Shown here piece after piece: positions 10,451 to 19,174 of a DNA stretch of 42,401 nucleotides. This stretch comes from an uncultured Eubacteriales bacterium (GTDB taxonomy: Bacteria > Bacillota > Clostridia > Peptostreptococcales > JAAYPU01), in the NCBI GenBank assembly GCA_964553505.1, contig CAZKKX010000002.1, positions 1 to 42,401 of the forward strand. Direction: 5' to 3'. The notes beneath the pieces were generated by a model that saw nothing but the letters and a program-made list of their open reading frames with translations, had not been told where the DNA came from and ran no database searches. The translations under genes were made by a program, and so were the position numbers. Positions within the stretch are counted from its first letter, which is position 1; each line of letters starts with the position of its first letter.

Positions 10451-10524
10451 GCGGGTGTAGCTTAATGGTAAAGCTCCGGCTTCCCAAGCCGGTAACGTGG
10501 GTTCGATTCCCATCATCCGCTCCA
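10451..10524 (+). tRNA. tRNA-Gly, anticodon CCC, with encoded CCA
   Basis: Cloverleaf by hand. Acceptor GCGGGTG pairs with CATCCGC (one G-U). Anticodon stem CCGGC/GCCGG with loop TTCCCAA. T-arm GTGGG-TTCGATT-CCCAT. Discriminator T plus CCA. Confidence 0.93.
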
Positions 10525-10676
10525 TTATTTAATATGACATTTTTTTTAATCTTTGAGAAAATCTATAAAATCAGTTCTATTATATCATTTAAATAGTATG
10601 ATAAGTACTTTTTTTTTCAATCAAGTAGGAAGGAAATGAACGTTCGACCATTAGGCTTCTCCCATGCTGAGCGCAT

Positions 10677-10706
10677 TTGAAAAACGATATCATATATGAT
10701 ATCGTT
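10677..10706 (-). terminator. Intrinsic terminator after the first GntR gene
   Basis: Perfect 24-nt palindrome AACGATATCATATATGATATCGTT (10683-10706), followed on the minus strand by TTTTC. Confidence 0.55.
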
Positions 10707-10726
10707 ATGTTTCAATTCTTGATATT

Positions 10727-11437
10727 TTAAACCTTCCTATTCTTCTGATTATTTTTTTGAAAAACTTCCTCAGTGCTCACAAGATGTTTTCTCAGCATCT
10801 CAGGAAACCCGGATTTATCATCTTTTCTTAGCTCGTATACCAGTTCTTTATGCCATTTAACGATTTGCTTTTTAATGTTAGGATTATATTGAAAGGCTTG
10901 TTCTATAAATTCTCCCAACTGGTTATATATACTTAAATACATGTTTACCAAGTAACGATTTTTTGTACTCTTAGCAAGTAAAATATGAAAATCAAAGCCA
11001 TAATGGCTCATGGCCTCTACATCAGACGATTGATCCGCCTCTTCCATTCTTTTAACTATTGTTTCCAATTTATCAATCTCTTCTTCGGATATATGATTAA
11101 TTAAAACTTCCGCAGCAGCTGTCTCAATAATTCTACGTGCCTCAAGAAGTTCGAAGGTGGTTTTTGTTTCAATATATAAGGGTTCCGTATCTACCCATCT
11201 CCTGGGATCTCCATTTATAATAATGGTCCCTAATTTCGGATTTTGTTTTACAACGCCCATCATCTCCAACTTCTGTATTGCTTCACGCAAAGAAGATCGT
11301 CCTACACCCAGCTGCTTGGAAAATGCTAATTGATTGGGAAGTTTGTCCCCTTCTCTAAGAGTATCATTCTCCAGCATCTTTTTCACTTCATCAATAATAT
11401 ATTCAGATATCTTTTTCTTTCGAATTACTCTATTCAT
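10727..11437 (-). CDS. GntR/FadR-family transcriptional regulator (paralog 1)
   Basis: N-terminal winged HTH LPNQLAFSKQLGVGRSSLREAIQKLEMMGVVKQNPKLGT plus an all-helical FCD-type C-terminal domain. Confidence 0.9.
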   Translation of the reverse strand: MNRVIRKKKISEYIIDEVKKMLENDTLREGDKLPNQLAFSKQLGVGRSSLREAIQKLEMMGVVKQNPKLGTIIINGDPRRWVDTEPLYIETKTTFELLEARRIIETAAAEVLINHISEEEIDKLETIVKRMEEADQSSDVEAMSHYGFDFHILLAKSTKNRYLVNMYLSIYNQLGEFIEQAFQYNPNIKKQIVKWHKELVYELRKDDKSGFPEMLRKHLVSTEEVFQKNNQKNRKV

Positions 11438-11598
11438 TAAAGCTCATCCATTCATTTCAGCTGTATTATTTTGATTCAGGCTTGAAAAATTGGCATTCTT
11501 TTTCATTTGTTCCCGGATAACCTATTCTTATAAAAGCTAAATTTATACTTTTTTCAAAGATTGTCAATTTGTCAAGCATGAGCCTTTTTGTTTTACTA

Positions 11599-12315
11599 CT
11601 ATTCTTTTCTTTTCCCTAAATTGTATTGGTAGAAATCATGCTCTGTACTGGAAAGATGTCCCTCAACCATTTTTGGGAAATTAGATTTATCTTCTTTCTT
11701 TAATTCTGCTACTAATTTTTTATGCCATTCAATGGTTTGTTTCTTAATGTTTGGATTGTATTCAAAAGCTTCTTCGATAAATTCTCCTAACTGATTATAC
11801 ATACTGAGATACATATTGATTAGATAACGGTTGTTCGTACTTTTAGCAAGCAAAATGTGAAAGTCAAGATCATAGTTGCTCAACGCATCCACATCAGTTG
11901 ATTCATATGCTTTTTCCATTTTTTGTACAATTGAATCCAACTCATTGACTTCTTTATTCGTAATATGCTCAATCAAAACCTCTGCCGCAGCAATTTCAAT
12001 AATTTTACGCGCCTCCAAAAGCTCTCTGGTGGTTTTAGGATCCAAATACAGTGGAGTCTCAATGGTGTTTACCCATCTATCCGGATTGCCATTTATAATA
12101 ACAGTACCCAATTTAGGGTTTTGCTTTACAACACCCATCATCTCCAGTTTCTGCAAAGCCTCCCTTAACGAAGACCGGCTGACACCCAACTGCTTTGAGA
12201 ATGTCAATTGGTCGGGAAGTTTATCCCCTTCATTCAAAGTTTTGTCTCGAAGCATATTTTTGACTTCATCAATAATATATTCCGACAATTTTTTCTTCCG
12301 AATTACTCTTTCCAT
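11599..12315 (-). CDS. GntR/FadR-family transcriptional regulator (paralog 2)
   Basis: Same architecture and colinear with paralog 1 over its full length (roughly 70% identical by eye). The start was set to ATG 12315 (MERVIRKKK), which is preceded by AAGGAAGGA and matches the paralog-1 N-terminus. The 12375 start has no RBS. Confidence 0.85.
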   Translation of the reverse strand: MERVIRKKKLSEYIIDEVKNMLRDKTLNEGDKLPDQLTFSKQLGVSRSSLREALQKLEMMGVVKQNPKLGTVIINGNPDRWVNTIETPLYLDPKTTRELLEARKIIEIAAAEVLIEHITNKEVNELDSIVQKMEKAYESTDVDALSNYDLDFHILLAKSTNNRYLINMYLSMYNQLGEFIEEAFEYNPNIKKQTIEWHKKLVAELKKEDKSNFPKMVEGHLSSTEHDFYQYNLGKRKE

Positions 12316-12514
12316 TAGTTTCCTTCCTTTATATAGTATTAATTTTGTAAATAATTTTAATCTCTGCACTTGCAATGATTTTATTCACTCATAAATCTTA
12401 TCATATAATCATAGGCTTGGAAAGTTTTTTGTTAATAATTTGTCATCAATTACCAGCATAGACATTTCATCAGCTATAATTTAAAAAATGGAAATACTCT
12501 ATTATTCATTATCA

Positions 12515-12718
12515 TGAAAGGCTGCTTTATAAAGCAGCCTTTGAGATTGTTGAAAAAGCCTACAATCTCCAGGCTTTTGAAAAATTCGAAGTTCAAGGCG
12601 CGCTGAGAGCGAGCAGCGGAGCTTACTTCAGGTAAGTGAGCATGTTCGCTTGAAAGCAGTAACGCAGAAATTCGGAGATTTTCAACAGCCTGAAAGGCTG
12701 CTTTATAAAGCAGCCTTT
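12515..12718. repeat. Composite repeat: two identical 28-bp palindromic units bracketing a GC-rich core of about 148 bp
   Basis: TGAAAGGCTGCTTTATAAAGCAGCCTTT occurs at 12515-12542 and again at 12691-12718. Core segment 12587-12632 recurs at 42356-42401. Confidence 0.8.
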
Positions 12719-12737
12719 CATGGGCTTATATTGGTAT

Positions 12738-14414
12738 TTATAAAATTACCGCTCCTTTATCTGCAGAAGATGCTGTTTTCGCATACATTCTCAAATAGCC
12801 GTTTGGCACTTCTTTCTGAGGAGCTTTCAAACATTGCAGTCTTTTTTCGATTTCTTCATCGCTTAATTCAATATCCAGAAGTCCTTCTGTTACGTCAATT
12901 TTTATTATGTCCCCGTCCTCAATAATGGCAAGAGGACCGCCTTCCGCTGCTTCAGGAGAAATATGCCCGATGAATAGCCCGTTATTGGTACCTGAGAATC
13001 GTCCGTCTGTAATAAGTGCCGTGGTAAGGTTTAATCCCATACCGTATAAATACTTCATGGCCTTATACATTTCACGCATACCAGGTCCGCCTTTAGGTCC
13101 TTCATAACGAATCACCACTACATCTCCGTCCTTCACTTCTCCTCCAAGAATAGACTTATTCGCTTCCTCTTCGCTGTTATATACCTTAGCTTTTCCACGA
13201 AACTTATATAAGGACGGATCAAATGCACCCGGTTTAGTAATACCGGTGTTCGGTGCCAGATTTCCTCTTAGAATAGCTACTCCTCCGGTATCATTGAACG
13301 GTTGCTCAGCCGTTTTTATGACTTCAGGATTTTCAGGAAATAAAAATTTATATTCTTTAAGATTTTCACCCAATTTTTTTCCGGTACATGTCATTACTTG
13401 AGTATCAATCCTGTTACCCAAATTATTCATTACGCGAGGAATCCCGCCTGCCCTATAAAAATCTTCCATATCCCACTTGGAAGCCGGGTTAACTTTAGCA
13501 ATTTGAGGCGTGGTTTTATTCAACTGTTCAAATTCATCCACAACATTCATTTCCAAACCTGCTTCATGAGCAATAGCGCTCAAATGCAGCACAGCGTTAG
13601 TAGAACCGCAGGTAGCCATCGTTACTTTAATTCCGTTTCTTATAGCCTCATCTGTTATAATATCTCGTGCTTTGATTCCTTTTTCTGCCAATTCGCATAT
13701 TTTTATACCGGACATATAGGCTGTCCCCAGCCGATCCGAATAAGTTGCCGGTATCAAAGCACTTCCCGTTAGACTCATCCCTATGGATTCTGTTATACAC
13801 ACCATGGTATTTGCAGTGCCATAAAAAGCACAGGAACCGCACCCGGGGCACGCAACATTCTCAAGAGATAAAACCTGTTCTTCGCTGATTTTCCCTCCAT
13901 GCAGCATCCCAACAGCCTCATCTACGGAAGTAGCATCTGTTTTTCTACCGTCAAATTCCGTACCACCCATCATGGGACCTCCGTTTACTAATATGGCCGG
14001 GATATTTAATCGTGCTGCTGCCATAAGCATACCGGGAACAATCTTATCACATGATGCCAATAAAACTATCGCATCTAATCTATGGGCCTGAACCTCAATT
14101 TCAATGGAATTACATATAACTTCTCTCGAAGGAAGTATATATTTCATCCCCTCATGTCCATTGGCAATACCGTCACAAGCACTGATGACACCAAATTCTA
14201 CTGCTGTTCCGCCACCCCTGTATATACCTTTCTTAACAAACTCACTCACCTGATTTAAATTAAAATGTCCGGGTACCAAAGTGCTCCATGAGTTTGCGAT
14301 GCCGATAACCGGTCTGTCGGTCAATTCTTCATCCGTATATCCCATGGATTTATACAGAGAACGGCAAAATGCATTATCTGTACCTTTCAAGTTATCTGAA
14401 CTCCGATACTTCAT
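12738..14414 (-). CDS. IlvD/Edd-family dehydratase (dihydroxy-acid or sugar-acid dehydratase; substrate unassigned)
   Basis: 558 aa. Family motifs SCDKIVPGMLMAAARLNIP, CPGCGSC, IRYEGPKGGPGMREM and ITDGRFSG are present. The N-terminal Cys of canonical IlvD (CNS) reads ANS here. GGAGGT RBS. It lies 30 nt downstream of the PFOR stop with no hairpin between them. Confidence 0.9.
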   Translation of the reverse strand: MKYRSSDNLKGTDNAFCRSLYKSMGYTDEELTDRPVIGIANSWSTLVPGHFNLNQVSEFVKKGIYRGGGTAVEFGVISACDGIANGHEGMKYILPSREVICNSIEIEVQAHRLDAIVLLASCDKIVPGMLMAAARLNIPAILVNGGPMMGGTEFDGRKTDATSVDEAVGMLHGGKISEEQVLSLENVACPGCGSCAFYGTANTMVCITESIGMSLTGSALIPATYSDRLGTAYMSGIKICELAEKGIKARDIITDEAIRNGIKVTMATCGSTNAVLHLSAIAHEAGLEMNVVDEFEQLNKTTPQIAKVNPASKWDMEDFYRAGGIPRVMNNLGNRIDTQVMTCTGKKLGENLKEYKFLFPENPEVIKTAEQPFNDTGGVAILRGNLAPNTGITKPGAFDPSLYKFRGKAKVYNSEEEANKSILGGEVKDGDVVVIRYEGPKGGPGMREMYKAMKYLYGMGLNLTTALITDGRFSGTNNGLFIGHISPEAAEGGPLAIIEDGDIIKIDVTEGLLDIELSDEEIEKRLQCLKAPQKEVPNGYLRMYAKTASSADKGAVIL

Positions 14415-14444
14415 TTACATACCTCCATTTCCACAGTATAAAAC

Positions 14445-17400
14445 TTAAGCCTCTGCTAACCTTTTATAGGTTTCATACCTTTCTTTCGCATCCGCAACAG
14501 CCTGATTAAAGAGCACATCGACCTGTTCCGGGAAAGAACGTTCAAGAGAAGCATATCTGTTTTCACTGTAAAGAAACTCTTTCAGATCCGCTTTTGGCTC
14601 CTTTGAATCTAATATAAACGGATTCTTACCTTCAGTTTTTAACAACGGATTATATCTGTAAAGATGCCAGTATCCGGCTTCCACTGCCCGCTTCATCTCT
14701 TCCTGGCTGTGAGACATCCCGATTTTTAATCCATGCTCCGCACAAGGGCAATAAGCAATTATAAGTGAAGGTCCCGGATAAGCTTCTGCTTCTCTAATCG
14801 CTTTCAATGTTTGTGCCTGATCAGCACCCATGGCTACTTGTGCAACATAAACATACCCGTAACTCATCGCCATAAGTCCTAAATCCTTTTTCTTTATTTT
14901 CTTTCCTGAAGAAGCAAATTTGGATACCGCTCCGGTCGCCGTAGCTTTTGAGGCCTGACCACCTGTATTGGAATAAACTTCCGTATCCAAAACCAGCATA
15001 TTGATATCTTTTCCTGATGCAATTACATGATCCAATCCACCATATCCGATGTCATATGCCCATCCGTCTCCTCCAAATGCCCAGACAGATTTTTTTGTCA
15101 GGTACTCTCTGTTTTCAATAATTGTATCTATTTGTATCTTTTCGCTTTGATCTTTTGTTTTATATTTTTCAAGAACCTTTATTAATTCATGGGATACCGC
15201 CGACGTTTTTTCTGCTTGGTCTTTTTCTGTCAGGTATTTTTCTGCTATATCTTTCAACTCTTCTACTGCAGACAGCTTTTTAATGCTTTCAGTTAATCGT
15301 TCTCTTATCTGCTCAGCTGCAAGAAGCATTCCATAAGCATATTCTGCATTATCTTCAAATAAAGACATTGCCCATGCAGGTCCGTGCCCCTTCTTATCTA
15401 CAGTATAAGGCATAGAAGGCGTACTTCCTCCATAAGCGGAAGAGCATCCTGATGCATTAGCCACATACATTCTGTCTCCAAACAATTGAGTTATTAGTTT
15501 TATATAAGGTGTTTCCCCACAACCGGCACAGGCACCTGAAAATTCAAACAGAGGCTGTGCAAATTGGCTGCTCTTTACAGAATTACTGTTTACGGCATCC
15601 TTTTTAACGGATACTTCCTTCATAGCAAACGTCCAGTTTTCTTGCTGAGCTAACTGAGAATCCAAAGGTTTCATTGTTAATGCAGTATCTTTAGCGGGAC
15701 AAATGCTAACACAACTTCCACACCCCGTACAATCCATTGGGGAAATCTGCATTCTATATTGATACTTATCAAGGTTTTTACCAATAGCTTTTTTAGTATT
15801 AAACCCTTCAGGTTTTTTAAGAGCCTCTTGCTCATTTAGTAAGACCGGCCTGATAACCGCATGTGGGCAAACATAGGCACACTGATTACATTGTATGCAT
15901 TTATCCATATCCCATTCGGGCACGTCCACTGCGACACCACGTTTCTCATAGGCGGTTGTTCCTGGCGGAAATGATCCGTCTTCCATTCCGACAAAAGTGC
16001 TGACAGGTAATGAATCACCTTCCTGTCGATTCATGACTGATACTACATTTTTTATGAAATCAGGAACCTGTTCATCTTCCTTTTTAACAGCTTCACTGTT
16101 TGCCCATTCTTTAGGAATCTCAACTCTTTTTATATGTGAAATCCCATAATCTACCGCAGCATTATTGATATCCACTACGTTTTGGCCGCCTTTGGCATAA
16201 TAGCTTTTATAAATTGCCTGTTTCATATAATCCACCGCTTCGTCCAATGGGATGATGTCGACCAATTTAAAGAAAGCCGCCTGTAATATGGTATTTATTC
16301 TTCCTCCCATCCCAAGTTCCTTAGCAATAGAAGTAGCGTCTATTGTATAAAACTGCGCTTTTTTTAGTGCCAACATTTTTTTCATCTCAGCCGGCAGTCT
16401 TTTATCCAAGTCTTCATTCGACCAACCGCAATTCAACAGGAATATACCACCTTGTTTTAAATCCTTTACTAAATCATACTTATCGATATATGAAAGATTA
16501 TGACAAGCAACATAATCCGCTGAATTTACCAAATAGCTGGAACGAATAGGCTCTTTACCAAATCTAAGATGAGATTGAGTCAAACCCCCGGATTTTTTTG
16601 AATCATATACAAAATATGCCTGTGTATACAGTTCCGTATGCTCGCCGATGATTTTGACCGTATTCTTATTAGCACCTACCGTACCGTCAGAACCTAACCC
16701 CCACACTTTACAGCTTTTTACATCTTTTGAAGTCACAACTATTTCTTCTTTTACAGGCAGTGAAAGATAAGTAACATCATCTTCAATACCAATAGTAAAG
16801 TTATTCTTAGGATCTTCTGATGCCAAGTTGTCAAATACAGCACAGAGCTGGGCAGGTGTTGTATCCTTTGACGAAAGACCATATCTTCCACCCACAATTT
16901 CCATGGGGATACCCTTTTGCTTAAATATGGTACAGATATCCTGATACAAAGGCTCTCCGATGCTTCCAGGCTCTTTTGTGCGGTCCAAAACAGCTATCCT
17001 TTTTGCAGTTTCAGGAACAGCCTTAAAGAAATGTTCCGTTGAAAAGGGACGATAGAGGTGTACATTGATAAAACCAACCTTTTCGCCTTTGGCAACCAGA
17101 TAGTCTATGGTTTCTATCAATGTGTCACATACGGAGCCCATAGCAATTATGATTCTTTCGGCATCTTCTGCCCCATAATAATTGAAAAGTTTGTAATCCC
17201 TTCCCGTCAGCCGATTGATTTCTTCCATGTAATGTTCTACCGTTTCAGGAATATCGGTATAAAAATTATTACAAGCTTCTCTTTGCTGGAAAAAAATATC
17301 GGGATTCTGAGTCGTTCCTCTGGTACAAGGATGTTCAGGGTTTAAGGCCCTTTTTCTAAAAGATTTAATGGCATCTTTATCTACCAACTTTTCCATATCC

Positions 17401-17966
17401 TCATAATCAAGAGCATCTATTTTTTGTACTTCATGTGAGGTTCTGAAACCATCAAAAAAATGAAGAAAAGGAACCTTTCCACGGATTGCGCTTAAATGGG
17501 CTATCGCTCCCATGTCCATAACTTCCTGAGGGTTTGCTGCTGATAACAACGCAAATCCCGTTTGCCTACAGGCCATTACATCAGAATGATCTCCGAAAAT
17601 GGACAATCCATGAACAGACAATGTTCTCGCAGAAACGTGAAACACACCGGGCAATAATTCTCCGGAAATTTTATACATATTAGGAATCATTAATAAAAGC
17701 CCTTGTGATGCCGTGTAAGTCGTGGTTAAAGCGCCGGCTCCTAATGAACCATGCACCGTTCCGGAAGCACCGCCTTCCGATTGCAATTCTACAACATTTA
17801 CTGTTTGCCCAAAAATATTTTTTCTACCTTCCGCAGACCACTGGTCCACCAATTCTGCCATAGGGGAAGAAGGTGTTATTGGAAAAATACCGGCTACTTC
17901 GGTGAATGCATATGAAATATATGCTGCAGCAGTATTCCCATCTATTATTTTTATTTTTCTCGACAT
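14445..17966 (-). CDS. nifJ: Pyruvate (2-oxoacid):ferredoxin/flavodoxin oxidoreductase, single-polypeptide NifJ/PFOR type
   Basis: About 1170 aa. Two ferredoxin-type 4Fe-4S motifs (CIQCNQCAYVCP, CTGCGSCVSICP) and a TPP-binding C-terminal domain (GGDGWAYDIGYGGLDHV). The start was set to the ATG at 17966 (MSRKIKIIDGN), which is preceded by AAGGAGGG. Confidence 0.95.
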   Translation of the reverse strand: MSRKIKIIDGNTAAAYISYAFTEVAGIFPITPSSPMAELVDQWSAEGRKNIFGQTVNVVELQSEGGASGTVHGSLGAGALTTTYTASQGLLLMIPNMYKISGELLPGVFHVSARTLSVHGLSIFGDHSDVMACRQTGFALLSAANPQEVMDMGAIAHLSAIRGKVPFLHFFDGFRTSHEVQKIDALDYEDMEKLVDKDAIKSFRKRALNPEHPCTRGTTQNPDIFFQQREACNNFYTDIPETVEHYMEEINRLTGRDYKLFNYYGAEDAERIIIAMGSVCDTLIETIDYLVAKGEKVGFINVHLYRPFSTEHFFKAVPETAKRIAVLDRTKEPGSIGEPLYQDICTIFKQKGIPMEIVGGRYGLSSKDTTPAQLCAVFDNLASEDPKNNFTIGIEDDVTYLSLPVKEEIVVTSKDVKSCKVWGLGSDGTVGANKNTVKIIGEHTELYTQAYFVYDSKKSGGLTQSHLRFGKEPIRSSYLVNSADYVACHNLSYIDKYDLVKDLKQGGIFLLNCGWSNEDLDKRLPAEMKKMLALKKAQFYTIDATSIAKELGMGGRINTILQAAFFKLVDIIPLDEAVDYMKQAIYKSYYAKGGQNVVDINNAAVDYGISHIKRVEIPKEWANSEAVKKEDEQVPDFIKNVVSVMNRQEGDSLPVSTFVGMEDGSFPPGTTAYEKRGVAVDVPEWDMDKCIQCNQCAYVCPHAVIRPVLLNEQEALKKPEGFNTKKAIGKNLDKYQYRMQISPMDCTGCGSCVSICPAKDTALTMKPLDSQLAQQENWTFAMKEVSVKKDAVNSNSVKSSQFAQPLFEFSGACAGCGETPYIKLITQLFGDRMYVANASGCSSAYGGSTPSMPYTVDKKGHGPAWAMSLFEDNAEYAYGMLLAAEQIRERLTESIKKLSAVEELKDIAEKYLTEKDQAEKTSAVSHELIKVLEKYKTKDQSEKIQIDTIIENREYLTKKSVWAFGGDGWAYDIGYGGLDHVIASGKDINMLVLDTEVYSNTGGQASKATATGAVSKFASSGKKIKKKDLGLMAMSYGYVYVAQVAMGADQAQTLKAIREAEAYPGPSLIIAYCPCAEHGLKIGMSHSQEEMKRAVEAGYWHLYRYNPLLKTEGKNPFILDSKEPKADLKEFLYSENRYASLERSFPEQVDVLFNQAVADAKERYETYKRLAEA

Positions 17967-18178
17967 TTGTGTCCCTCCTTTTTTTGTCTTTACGGGATAA
18001 GCAAGAAAATCTTTAACAAACAAAATTTTTCTTTCCCTAACAGCCGTACTACAGCTCTTTTATTCTTTTACAACCCCACATACTGGTACCGGCATACATA
18101 AGGAGGTTGAGTATATCCTGTTTAACAATTATCTATTTTGTGATTTACTTTATTTATAATTTTAGTATATTTTTGTTA

Positions 18179-19123
18179 TTATAAATCACTATAAAGGCAT
18201 TTTGCAATTTTGATAAAATCTTTATCTCTTTTCTCAATGACTTTTTCGCCTCTTCCATTTGAATAATCATAAAAACCTTTGCCGGTTTTAGTACCATAAG
18301 CATTCTCTTCATAACACTTTTTCAATAAATCCGGTACCCCTTTCTGATTACTCAAATCATCAAAAAGATAACTTCCTACGTTATAAAAAGTATCCAGTCC
18401 ACCTAAATCAACAGTCTCAAAGGGACCGATACAAGCATATCTCATTCCGAGACCATATTTCATTACGTTATCTACATCCTCTAAATCTGCAATATCATTT
18501 TCAGCAATATACAATGCTTCTCTTAAAACAGCATATTGTAATCTGTTAAGAACAAAACCCTTGACATCTTTTTTTACTATTACCGGTTTTTTGTGAATGG
18601 ATATTGCCAAGTCTCTTGCAATTTCCACCGCTTCCTGTGATGTTTTATCTCCGGATATTACTTCAACCAAAGGTACTATATGAGGCGGATTTACCCAATG
18701 CATACCTGCAAAGCGTTCCGGTTTCTTTACAGCCTCGGCTATCTTTGTAATGGACAGCCCGGAAGTATTTGTGGTCAGCACCGAATCCTCCGGAGCGATG
18801 GCGGATACTTCTTCCCAAAATTTCTTTTTAATCGATAGTTTCTCAACAATGGCTTCAATAACATAGTCGGCCTTACTGAAGCAGCTTACGTCTGTGGAAA
18901 ATGAAATGTTTTTAATAATCTGCTTGGATAGTTCCTCCGTAATACTTCCCTCTTCTATTGAAGCTTTTTGATTAATTGTAATCAGTTCTTTTCCTTTGCC
19001 AATGGCTTCTTCAAAAATATCAAATAATATCACTTTGTATCCATATTGAGCGAAAATTTGAGCCATTGATGATCCCATTAGACCCGCACCGGCAATTACA
19101 ATCATATTGATATCTTTTTTCAC
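18179..19123 (-). CDS. 3-hydroxyacyl-CoA dehydrogenase-family NAD-dependent oxidoreductase (GTG start). The same family includes L-gulonate 3-dehydrogenase.
   Basis: Rossmann motif IAGAGLMGSSMAQ. Family core FAGMHWVNPPHIVPLVEVI and a C-terminal dimerisation domain. AAAGGAGA lies 8 nt upstream of the GTG. Confidence 0.85.
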   Translation of the reverse strand: MKKDINMIVIAGAGLMGSSMAQIFAQYGYKVILFDIFEEAIGKGKELITINQKASIEEGSITEELSKQIIKNISFSTDVSCFSKADYVIEAIVEKLSIKKKFWEEVSAIAPEDSVLTTNTSGLSITKIAEAVKKPERFAGMHWVNPPHIVPLVEVISGDKTSQEAVEIARDLAISIHKKPVIVKKDVKGFVLNRLQYAVLREALYIAENDIADLEDVDNVMKYGLGMRYACIGPFETVDLGGLDTFYNVGSYLFDDLSNQKGVPDLLKKCYEENAYGTKTGKGFYDYSNGRGEKVIEKRDKDFIKIAKCLYSDL

Positions 19124-19174
19124 ATTCTGTCTCTCCTTTCTTTATTATTCTATTCCAATACTAATCAAATTTTG

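Noticed and set aside
10635-10680. Tiny ORF MNVRPLGFSHAERI downstream of tRNA-Gly
   Set aside because: It is 14 codons long, the purine-rich stretch abuts the ATG with no spacer, and no conservation can be assessed. It is probably chance.
11555-11580. The direct TTGTCAA repeats as a certain GntR operator
   Set aside because: On the minus strand they read TTGACAA and could simply be -35-like hexamers of the paralog-1 promoter. They are reported only as a possible operator motif.
12650-12925. 91-aa plus-strand ORF spanning the repeat element and the 3' end of the dehydratase gene
   Set aside because: It starts inside the GC-rich repeat, reads through the 28-bp palindrome and then runs antisense to the dehydratase. 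It has no RBS and is most likely an artefact of the repeat.
12738-14414. Calling this gene ilvD (branched-chain amino-acid biosynthesis)
   Set aside because: There are no other ilv/leu genes nearby, and it sits with a TRAP transporter, lactonases and GntR regulators. The N-terminal cluster-Cys position differs from canonical IlvD as I recall it. It is left as an IlvD/Edd-family dehydratase with unassigned substrate. A biosynthetic role cannot be excluded without the rest of the genome.
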